NCBI RefSeq assembly: GCF_032062105.1
Contig: NW_026926059.1
Coordinates: 124,001-188,000 of the forward strand
Source of the DNA: Saccostrea cucullata
Taxonomy: Eukaryota
Length of the DNA stretch: 64,000 nucleotides
Direction of reading: 5' to 3'
Part shown: positions 12,801 through 24,600 of the stretch, one piece after another
Layout of the letters: every line of letters starts with the position of its first letter
Position numbering within the stretch: position 1 is the stretch's first letter
Notes under the pieces: generated by a model
What the model saw: only the letters and a program-made list of their open reading frames with translations
What the model was told of the DNA's origin: nothing
Database searches by the model: none
Made by a program: the position numbers and the translations under genes

Positions 12801-14328
12801 TAGTGTTTTGAGTCTTGGGTAATTAGGAAAGATAACTCTTGAAAGTGGACTTTTTAAACCAAATATTTTTTAAATTGGAATTTTCATTTCGTTAAAACAT
12901 TCTTCATTCAATATGTCACATGTAATTCATTGAAATACATTCCTTGTCTCTTCAGAACTCATTTTATTAATGTTTTATGCATAGATTAAAAAGATAATGA
13001 CATTAATTGTTTTCTATGTGAAAATTATTTTTTCTAATGAAATTATTATTAGGTATTATGAGGTATTTTCACTGTGTGTACTTGTCTTAAGAAGATGCCC
13101 ATCATTTGACACTGAAAGTTCTGAAATTCTATTGATAATAAACTTGAAATGAAGTATTTCACTAAAATTAGACAAAAACTAAAAAATTCTATAAAAAATA
13201 TTTATGATATCAATACCCCCATCTGGATATTTGACATCTACATTATAAGTGGTGCTGTATTGAAATCTAAAATAAACTGTGGATGTAATGAGCCACCTTA
13301 AGTGTCTGTTTTTCATATGCTGAAGTCAAGTTGGCATTGTAACCCATGGGCCTCTTTTAACTACATGTACATGTACTTGACTTTGAGGAGCTTTAGACTT
13401 AAAGGTGCATAGACACAGATTTGAAGTTATATTTTCTTTATAATATCACTTTGCATGGCCTTATATAAATAGCATTTTACACGAAATATATTGAAAATCT
13501 TATTTCATGTAAAAGTTACTGAAAGTTTAAATTTTTGGATGGGTTTGATTGACACACCCTTGCACTTTTACAAATTTTAATTTTATTCTTACTCCTGAAG
13601 AAACATACATGTGTTGCTTATTGGTGAACATGAAATTTTTTGGACATATGCAATTTAGTCTGGTGATTTTTGTTGCACTTTTTTGAAAGCAGCGTTTCCT
13701 CTTCTTCTTTTATTTGTATCTCCCTTTCTCTCCTATAAAAAAGAAAACTCATCTCATGTAGCTTTGTCACATTTGTTAATTTTTTATGTAGAAAATATTG
13801 CGATGTTTGTAGGGGAACAATTCCTTAACTAGATTTTTCAGATGCAGCAGTGGTAGGGGGCATAGTTCTACTCAATGAAGCTAATTCTGTCAAAGGAGAC
13901 CCCGGCAAGAAAAGAAGTAAGAAATGACACACTATCATCAGATACTGGATGCCAATTCTTATAGAATTTGTATACAATATATATGTCTTACCTGCAAAGC
14001 CAAAAAATTTATGGAAAAAATTTGTGTACAAAAATTTATTAAAATGCAATGAATGATGTTATAATGTTAAGAATTTTCACTTCAGAGTGTAAATATGTAC
14101 ATAAGACTTAAGTGTTTTTGTTAATTTTTCAGTTTTATCCATGGTAGGGCTGGGATTAGTGGCAATCTTTTTCAGTCTCCTCTTATCTGTGTTCCGATCC
14201 AAGTATCAAGGTTACCCATACAGGTAGGCTGTTCTTTTTCAGTACAGGTGTATAGAAATACAGTGAAATTCTTTATACCAGTTTTATAACAACTGATCTT
14301 TTCTTTTTCCAGTTTCTTATTCAAGTAG
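6817..14328 (+). CDS. TUSC3: MAGT1/TUSC3 (OST3/OST6 family) oligosaccharyltransferase subunit; exons 6817-6903, 8465-8634, ~9568-9685, ~9799-9880, ~10073-10130, 10575-10715, 10822-10911, 11628-11691 (or 11948-12011), 13842-13916, 14133-14223, 14313-14328
   Basis: Signal peptide, thioredoxin-like domain with [54 protein letters not shown] and C-terminal [15 protein letters not shown]. Likely co-ortholog of vertebrate TUSC3 and MAGT1. Confidence 0.95.
8970..9179. mobile_element. Small TIR MITE (Tc1/mariner-like ends)
   Basis: TGTAGATCACTTAATTTTTGCG ... CGCGAATAAAAAGTGATTTACAGTA inverted ends with internal TTCGCG repeats. Confidence 0.5.
11692..13841 (+). other. U12-type (minor spliceosome) GT-AG intron of MAGT1/TUSC3
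   Basis: Donor GTATCCTT at 11692, branch site TTCCTTAAC at 13821-13829 and AG at 13840-13841, with only a short T run between branch site and AG. Confidence 0.9.
11948..12011 (+). CDS. Alternative (duplicated, probably mutually exclusive) exon 8b of MAGT1/TUSC3
   Basis: 64 nt, same length and phase as exon 11628-11691. Encodes [21 protein letters not shown] versus [21 protein letters not shown]. Flanked by ...CCTTTTAG and GTATCTTT. Confidence 0.8.
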
Positions 14329-14503
14329 AGAAGATGATCGGTGATTGAGACCGTATGTTTTGTTTTATGGATCCCAAATTTCATGTGTCGTCATGGTGGA
14401 AATTAGATGTTGTAGATTGTTTTATTGGGATGAATGTTACTTGAAATTATGTGAATGTACTATATTTGTAAAGTGAATGTGCTGTACAAAATTGTAAAGT
14501 TGT

Positions 14504-14509
14504 AATAAA
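14504..14509 (+). terminator. Probable polyadenylation signal of MAGT1/TUSC3
   Basis: First AATAAA about 175 nt after the stop, followed by a T-rich tract. Confidence 0.5.
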
Positions 14510-15430
14510 GATACAATTTGTTTTATTTTGACCAAATAGCTGCCATATTCATGTGAGAGAGAGAGAGAAAGAGTATAATTTTTGAAAGTGGCAATCTCTA
14601 GGAATATCAAAGTTTTAATAAATTTATCTAAGAAAAAAGTATTGCCTTGTATTTTTTATGATGAAAATTGTTCCATTTCCTCTATGATTTTGGGGTGCAT
14701 AATTACAAATCCATCTGTTAATCTATTGTAGGGTATGATCTATTGAAATAATGCATATACACGTAGCTTATGTGCATATTAATGGGCAAGAAATCCAAAT
14801 CTTTGATGATTTTAAGGAATGGTGTATTCCTAAAACCAGATCACTAAAACTTCTGAAGAGACATTTCTAGAAAATTAAACATCTACATTGTGTCATACAC
14901 AGAGTATACATGTAGGATTTCAAAATATTGTCAATCAAAGCTTCTGAAGGAAGATTTTTTTCCCCTAAAGGGAACATAGACAAATATTGAAAATTTATAT
15001 CCTCAAGAATTTCCCCAACTTTTTATGAATTTTTAGCATTAATGCATTTCCATTCTGTCATGAAAATACATTCAAACCAACACCAGAACCCCAGATCCAA
15101 AGGGCTGGGGGCCATGAATTTCAAATTTTGGAAGCGGCATCTTTGCTCATCATAGCTGCCGTATACTCTGAAGCAGAAAGGACAATTTTCAAAGAATTAC
15201 TGCCTTATCATGACCATTCCAAACCCCCTGATCCTGAGCCATGGATTTTAAAATTTTGCAGGAGGCACTTCTGCTCATCATCTTGTTCACTTTGACTGTT
15301 AAATACTTAAGAGCAGAGAAGACTCTCAAGTATTTATACATTTCCATTTTACAATTAAAAGAGTTCCACCAGAACCATTGACCCAGGGTCTTTTCACAAC
15401 AAAACATAAAATCCATTTTAAATACAAGTG

Positions 15431-15436
15431 TTTATT
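15431..15436 (-). terminator. Probable polyadenylation signal of PFAS
   Basis: AATAAA on the minus strand about 230 nt after the PFAS stop. Confidence 0.5.
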
Positions 15437-15664
15437 GCACAGAAGGCTAAGCTATGTATGTATATTTAGTTATGGCAATAAGAGTTAAACACACTTCATT
15501 TGTTGAGGTAATTCTATTTCATTGTATTATGCATATCTTGAGTTGCATTCAATACCAATTCATATGTTAAATTGAGCTGTAGTGGTGTTGATTTCAACAG
15601 CCCAACACCTAATATCCAATGATTTTCCCTGATATTTTATAAAAACATCCTATGTGAGTGACTC

Positions 15665-18600
15665 TTAGGACTGTGTCCTGCACCAATCAAAAGCATTCTG
15701 GAACATCTTAAACCATGGTGACACATCAAACTTCCTCATTTCCTGTGGCATCCATGCACACTGCCATGGCAGAAAGCACCGCTCGGGATGAGGCATGATG
15801 GCAAGATGGCGGCCGTCTTCTGAACAAATGGCGGCGATCCCGTTACGGGATCCATTGGGATTGAGAGGGTAGACCTCGGTGGGCTTCCCCTGATCATCCA
15901 CATACTTCACAGCTATCAGATTGTCTCTACACATATCCTGATAAATCCCCTCCGAACGGAACACCATTCTCCCTGTAAAATGTTATGAAACATTATTTTA
16001 TCTGTAAATGGATGAATTCAAACTGGGACAAATTCAGAGTAAACAGCATTTTCTGGATGATTTTTAAATGGAGCTAATTATATAAATTAAATGCAAGGGT
16101 GAAAATGATTCTGAATGCACAGTAAATGAAGGTAGACTAAGCTGAAATTTTCATTCTGAATTTTTAAAAAATATTTTACAAAGTTGCTTTCAAACTTCTC
16201 TGCAAACACATTTTACCTATGATATTTTATCTTCATTGCTTTTCCAAGCATCTGATGGTAGTTTATTTAATCTAACATCTATGCCTTTATGTTAAATTAT
16301 AAAGTAGAAATATGTCCATAAGACATGAACGCCCCGCCAAGGATATATTAGTAATGCAACATGGAAAATTTGTATGAAATTTGAATGTCTTGATAATATC
16401 TTGATAAGTGATGCAGTTGAATTGCTTACATCAGTATGTATCAGCATATGAAGGTTTACATTAATTTCTTTAAAGTGAGGTCAAGGTCAAAGAAATGCCA
16501 AGGTCAAAAAATATTGACGCAACTGAAAAGCTCTCATCAGTATGTATCAGCATACCGTATGTCGTTTTAATTCCAGTGTTAATATTTCTTGATTTCTCAA
16601 AAAGTAAACAATCGCGATGGTTTTAATTTCACGATGCAAGAAATTAATTTGAATTTTGTATAAGCATTTAATAAACGTTTTTAAAAATATTGTATATTCA
16701 TGGCGGGGCATAAAAAACTTTCATGACCCAAAATATCAAGAAATTTTTCAGAAACACTTGTATCTATAATTGCATGTGTAGAGATAAATGTTGAGAATGT
16801 AATTCTACCTTCCCCGTGGGCGCTCCACATCCCAAACACTGTATCCTCCATCCCTCTAAACATGATGGCCGGACTCTTCATCACCCGTACAGAACTGAAG
16901 CGACACTCAAATCTCTCAGACAAGTTGTGATCCAGAAAAAGGCCCTGTCCAACACCACTGTTACTGTTTTCTGTGTTCAAAAAAAAAAAAAAGAATGCAG
17001 AGTTTATCTAGTAGTGGTGATCAATTTTATTTTGCTTCATTTATTGTAGAAAAGTAAGGAAGAAAAATTTTATTGCCCATGAAGGGGACATAAAATTGTT
17101 CAGATTGTTATTCAAATTTGATGTGGGAACTACAGCAAATTGGAGCATTCCCTTACAATTTAGGCATGACTGCTACAAACAGGACCATGTCTTTACAATT
17201 TGGCACTGTTACAAAGTGGATCATTCCATCTCAATCTTAACACAGGCCCTGCTACAAAGGGACCATCCCCTCACAATTTTAACAGAAGCAGAGAATTGTT
17301 TTACCTTTGAGGTCCTCGTCGGGAGCGACCCAGCCCAGCAGTGCCATCAGCTGACAGCCATTACAGACCCCCAGACTAAACGTGTCAGGTCTCTCCTTAA
17401 ACTTTAACAGCTGTTCTCGCACACTTTGGTTAAACAGGGCAGTAGCAGCCCAACCTGTAAACAAAAAGAGAAATCAAAATATGTACAATTTGCAAATGTT
17501 CGAAAGGTGGTGCAAATTATTTATCATTCATTTTCAATCATCTTGGATTTAAAAACTTTAAAGAATTCGCAGTTCAAGATTTCTATAGTGCCATGAATAA
17601 TGTAATGTAAATCTCAAACTACGTTGTAGAAACAAACCTTTGGCAGATCCACATACATCAGCATAGCTAAAGCCTCCAACAAAAACTAGTCCCCTAAACT
17701 GGTCCAAGTTTATTTGTTCTGAGCAGAGGTCCTCCATGTTAACATCCCACACCTCAAAACCGGCCATGTGGAGTACGGCGGCCATCTCTCGGTCAGAGTT
17801 ACTTCCCTCTTCTCTAAGAACCGCTACTTTTGGCAAGGGTTGACCTGTCAGGAGCAAAATACATGTCTAGTGTGACTCGTGTATGCAAAAAAATTGTCAC
17901 TGCCACCCAACTGTAATGATATAAAGTGGAAAAAAAGAATTCAAACTTTTTTAACATGTATTCAGTTTTAAAATAGACAATTTCTCTAACAGCATGTTTT
18001 CCCACAAAATAAACTTTTTTTTTTTAAACTGCTTTTAGGATTTCATTGTAAAAAGGGCAGCTGTTTTAACATGAAATAGTGCACGGAACAGTGAAGTTAC
18101 TTTCAACAAACATTTGTAGCTTTGATAAAACTTGTATTATACAAAAACTCATGCATTTCATAACATGCCTTGTAAGCAGTGACGGTGAAAAATCAACACA
18201 TACTTGTTGGTCTACCTCTCTGGGAAAAGGATATAATCTCAGATTCAAATGGCACATGATAAGGAGGCTCTAGCCTCTCTTTCAGTCCTGTTTGTTCCTG
18301 GGTTACACATTTGGGATTGGCTTGAAGAAATTCTAACTGAAAACTGGTTTCTTCCCAGATATCTCTTAACACTGTCATTTTCTCTTTTATTACCTCCAGA
18401 CCTCTTATGGATATATTCACCTAAAAAGACAACATTCAGTAAGATTTAAAAGATTACTCAGTTACAGGTGTATACATTTCATTTGATAATCAATGTTATC
18501 GTATGGCAAAATTTGACATTGTGCTTATAAATGGCATGTTAATCTGCTCATGTACAATAAGAAACAATTTTATTTTATCACATTCAAGATACACATACAT

Positions 18601-21600
18601 GTATTTTATATCATACACAGAGGAATAAGCAGAATAAGGATAAAAACAAAAGCAACAAGAGATGTTTGTAAAATACTTATGCCCCCTACCCCAAACTGGA
18701 ATTTTTCCAAGTCCAAGGGGCATAAATCTGTTAAAAAGATCGCAATGGTATTCAAAACAGAACTTGATCTAAATTTTCATCTGATAATTCTGTACATGTA
18801 TACTAAATTTCATTTCAGTATGTGAAACTTCTGCGAAAAAAAATGAACGGAAACTGCAAATAATTGGAATTTTTCTAAGTCCAAGGGTTGTAACTCTGTC
18901 AAAAATGGTGCGATTGTACCCAAAACAAACTTGATCTAAATTTTTATCTGATAAATCTGTAAACCAAATTTCATTTCAGTATATGCAACCTCTGCGAAGA
19001 AAATTAACGGAAACTGCAAATAATTGGAATTTTTCTATGTCCAAGGGGCATAACTCTATCAAAAATGGTGCGATCGTACCCAAAACAAATCTTGACCTAG
19101 ATATTCATCTGATAAATCTGTGTATACCAAATTTCATTTCAGTATGTGCAACAGTTGTGAAGAAAATGAATGGAAACTAAAAGGACCGACAGACCGAAAT
19201 ACCGACCGACAGACAGCAGCAAAGCAATATGCCTTCCCTTCTTCGAAGGGAGGCATAAAAAACTCTCTCCCAATGTATGGCATTATTTCTGATCAGATTA
19301 CACATGTAGGACATGTACATTGCATCATTCTTTAATAACAGTACCAACCAAAGAGTCCTTGCCGCTCTTTGAAGAATGACCAATCAGATAACAGGGTACA
19401 TTCTGTGCGGCATATTCTCCCAGTACAGTTGTACTCTCAATGAATGGCACTTCCAGGATCAACCCAAGTTCTTCTGAGAACAACACATCTATGGCACTAA
19501 ATTCTGAAATACATGTATCAGTATCATTTACAAAAATACTACAATCAAAGGTTTTCATCATTCAACTCTACAGAAGTTTATCAAAATTTGAAATGATTAA
19601 AATATCAGCAACATTAAATGATTTATATCTCTTTTCTCATTGAAGCACCATAAATGAATACCTTCCTGAATGAATTCCAGGTTGACATCTATTCCACAGT
19701 TTCCAGCAAAAGCCATTTCCATCATGGCTGTGATAAGTCCCCCATCACTCACGTCATGTCCAGCAGATATCTTCCTCTCTGAAGACAATTTTTTTTGTAC
19801 ATAGTCTTTGTAAATTCAATTAAAAGCTGTAGATAGCTGGTCAGACAGTGATAAATATTGGGCAGATGTGCACCACTGTCAGGCAAACAAAAGTAAAAAA
19901 AGTACAGTAAAATTTGTCTAATCCGGACTCTGTGTACTCCGGACTTTTGTCCATTCCGTCTATAAATTTTAGTCCCATGCACTTCTTTAACAAATTCATT
20001 AGAAAAAATTCTGTGTAGTCCGGATACTGTCTATTCTGTATTCCAAACGGCCATACTGGTCCCAACTGCTCATAAATAACGGTAATTATTTCCTCTAATC
20101 CGGCCACACCTGAGTTACTTCAAAGCAATTAACACCTTTCGTGGTGGATTTGATAATCTGTGTTTACATAAGCAGTGCCATGAAACGAACTCAGTGAAAC
20201 GCGGCGGTGACACAGCCCAGTTGAAAAAAAAATTACTAGTATATGATTTAATTACAATTAAAAAAAAGATAATTTTGTTTTAACTCGATCCTTTTACCAC
20301 ATTATAACAAAAAAATAAATACGTAAGCGATTTACAAATCAATATATAAATCGGGATCGAAAATCGGACGCATTCAAAATGGCGCCATAACACTGTGGGG
20401 GAAGATGTAATTTTTTACATAAAAATTAAAAGTTCAGTCTAATAATTAGCACATCGTAAATAATTGTGCATTACTGTTTTTACATTGAATGAGCTCTTTG
20501 ACAAGCGAAACATGATTCGCTTGATATATAGTAGGCCTACATGTATATTATGCGTGCCTGTAGATTTTGATTTAGGTTACATTTCACCCGACTTTCACAC
20601 TTCGTGAAAAACAAGAAAATACAGTAAGCATGGTAAGTCATAAGAGACTATTTTATAATTTCTAGACTCCAAAATATTGATTAATTTCATCATTTAATTA
20701 TATTTTACATTATGTATAATAATGAACTTGTAAATAAACAACGAAATTTTCAAAATTAATATTTTCCTGCATTTTTCCTGCACTCCGGATTCTGTCTAAA
20801 CCGGCCAAATTTTATGGAACCAGCGGTAGCCGGTTTGGACAAATTATACTGTACATTCCATTTGCATTTCTTATTCTATGTAAATGACATCCTGATTTCT
20901 TACCTCCAATTAACTTTTGTGTGACATTGAAAGCTTTACAGAAAACATCTGGCTGATCCAGATCAGGACAGAGGTCACCCAGCTGTTTGTAACATTGAGC
21001 AAGGGCGGAGCCACCCATTCGATGGTTCCCACCCCCTAGATCCACTAATAGCAGGCAACCTGTAGCAAAAATGTCTAAATTACACAGTGCTTATATCAGG
21101 TCTGTTTGTAAAACATTCTCTACCAGTCAAGTATGCAAAGAGAGACACTAGTTGTAGTTAAATTTTATGAATGTTACATTAATGTTACATGTCAAAATTT
21201 TACATCAGTATTGTCAAAAAGGGAGTTGGTAGCGAGTTGCGTGCACACAGGATTCGCATTTAAATTAATTATTAATATTCCCTAATTCCTTTTTTTTTAT
21301 TTTTTCATAATCAAATATCCAGGAATGACCTAGATGACTGCATGCAGAACTATGAATTTGATCTAACTGTGAGAACACAAGTGAATTAAACTGGATTAAA
21401 AGAAATAAATGTCCTGTACACAGCTCCTAAGAGCAATGGAAAGGCTGTCTGGGATTATTATTAATGTGAAACACAAGCTGGAAGTATTTAGAATTTTCTA
21501 ACCTTTGTTGTCTGGACACTTGAGATCAGGAGTAACGGTCAGTGTAATATCTGGACAGGCAGCATAGGCAGATATCACAAGTGTACCTACAAAACAAGAG

Positions 21601-24600
21601 TCATTGTAATATCTGGCAGATATCACAAGTGTACCTACAATATTAGAGTCTGTGTAATATCTGGACAAACAGCATAGGCAGATATCACTAGTGTACCTAC
21701 AATACAAGAGTCAGTGTAATATCTGGCAGATATCACAAGGGTAACCTTTGTTGTCTGGACACTTGAGATCAGGAGTAACGGTCAGTGTAATATCTGGACA
21801 AGCAGCATAGGCAGATATCACAAGTGTACCTACAATATTAGAGTCTGTGTAATCTGGACAAACAGCATAGGCAGATATCACTAGTGTACCTACAATACAA
21901 GAAAGATATCTATACAAGCAGCATAGGCAGATATCACAAGGGTACCTACAATACAAGAGAGATATCTATACAAGCAGCATAGGCAGATATCACAAGTGTA
22001 CCTACAATACAAGAGTCAGTATAATATCTGGACACGCAGCATAGGCAGATATCACTAGTGTGCCTACAATATGAGAGATATCTATACAGGCAGCAGAGGC
22101 AGATATCACAAATGTACCTACAATACAAGAGTCAGTGTAATATCTATACAAGCAGCATAGGCAGATACCACTAGTGTACCTACAATACAAGAGTCAGTGT
22201 AATATCTGGACAGGCAGCATAGGCAGATATCACAAGTGTACCTACAATTCAAGAGAGAGATGTCTATATAAGCAACATAGGCTGATATCACTAGTGTACC
22301 TACAATACAAGAGACAGTGTAATATCTGGACAGGCAGCATAGGCAGAGTATCACAAGTGTACCTACAATACAAGAGTCAGTGTAATATCTGGCAGATATC
22401 ACAAGGGTAACCTTTGTTGTCTGGACACTTGAGATCAGGAGTAACGGTCAGTGTAATATCTGGACAAGCAGCATAGGCAGATATCACAAGTGTACCTACA
22501 ATATTAGAGTCTGTGTAATATCTGGACAAACAGCATAGGCAGATATCACTAGTGTACCTACAATACAAGAAAGATATCTATACAAGCAGCATAGGCAGAT
22601 ATCACAAGTGTACCTACAATATTAGAGTCTGTGTAATATCTGGACAAACAGCATAGGCAGATATCACTAGTGTACCTACAATACAAGAAAGATATCTATA
22701 CAAGCAGCATAGGCAGATATCACAAGGGTACCTACAATACAAGAGAGATATCTATACAAGCAGCATAGGCAGATATCACAAGTGTACCTACAATACAAGA
22801 GTCAGTATAATATCTGGACACGCAGCATAGGCAGATATCACTAGTGTGCCTACAATATGAGAGATATCTATACAGGCAGCAGAGGCAGATATCACAAATG
22901 TACCTACAATACAAGAGTCAGTGTAATATCTATACAAGCAGCATAGGCAGATACCACTAGTGTACCTACAATACAAGAGTCAGTGTAATATCTGGACAGG
23001 CAGCATAGGCAGATATCACAAGTGTACCTACAATTCAAGAGAGAGATGTCTATATAAGCAACATAGGCTGATATCACTAGTGTACCTACAATACAAGAGT
23101 CAGTGTAATATCTGGACAGGCAGCATAGGCAGATATCACAAGTGTACCTACAATACAAGAGTCAGTGTAATATCTGGCAGATATCACAAGGGTAACCTTT
23201 GTTGTCTGGACACTTGAGATCAGGAGTAACGGTCAGTGTAATATCTGGACAAGCAGCATAGGCAGATATCACAAGTGTACCTACAATATTAGAGTCTGTG
23301 TAATATCTGGACAAACAGCATAGGCAGATATCACTAGTGTACCTACAATACAAGAAAGATATCTATACAAGCAGCATAGGCAGATATCACAAGTGTACCT
23401 ACAATATTAGAGTCTGTGTAATATCTGGACAAACAGCATAGGCAGATATCACTAGTGTACCTACAATACAAGAAAGATATCTATACAAGCAGCATAGGCA
23501 GATATCACAAGGGTACCTACAATACAAGAGAGATATCTATACAAGCAGCATAGGCAGATATCACAAGTGTACCTACAATACAAGAGTCAGTATAATATCT
23601 GGACACGCAGCATAGGCAGATATCACTAGTGTGCCTACAATATGAGAGATATCTATACAGGCAGCAGAGGCAGATATCACAAATGTACCTACAATACAAG
23701 AGTCAGTGTAATATCTATACAAGCAGCATAGGCAGATACCACTAGTGTACCTACAATACAAGAGTCAGTGTAATATCTGGACAGGCAGCATAGGCAGATA
23801 TCACAAGTGTACCTACAATTCAAGAGAGAGATGTCTATATAAGCAACATAGGCTGATATCACTAGTGTACCTACAATACAAGAGTCAGTGTAATATCTGG
23901 ACAGGCAGCATAGGCAGATATCACAAGTGTACCTACAATACAAGAGTCAGTGTAATATCTGGCAGATATCACAAGGGTAACCTTTGTTGTCTGGACACTT
24001 GAGATCAGGAGTAACGGTCAGTGTAATATCTGGACAAGCAGCATAGGCAGATATCACAAGTGTACCTACAATATTAGAGTCTGTGTAATATCTGGACAAA
24101 CAGCATAGGCAGATATCACTAGTGTACCTACAATACAAGAAAGATATCTATACAAGCAGCATAGGCAGATATCACAAGTGTACCTACAATATTAGAGTCT
24201 GTGTAATATCTGGACAAACAGCATAGGCAGATATCACTAGTGTACCTACAATACAAGAAAGATATCTATACAAGCAGCATAGGCAGATATCACAAGGGTA
24301 CCTACAATACAAGAGAGATATCTATACAAGCAGCATAGGCAGATATCACAAGTGTACCTACAATACAAGAGTCAGTATAATATCTGGACACGCAGCATAG
24401 GCAGATATCACTAGTGTGCCTACAATATGAGAGATATCTATACAGGCAGCAGAGGCAGATATCACAAATGTACCTACAATACAAGAGTCAGTGTAATATC
24501 TATACAAGCAGCATAGGCAGATACCACTAGTGTACCTACAATACAAGAGTCAGTGTAATATCTGGACAGGCAGCATAGGCAGATATCACAAGTGTACCTA

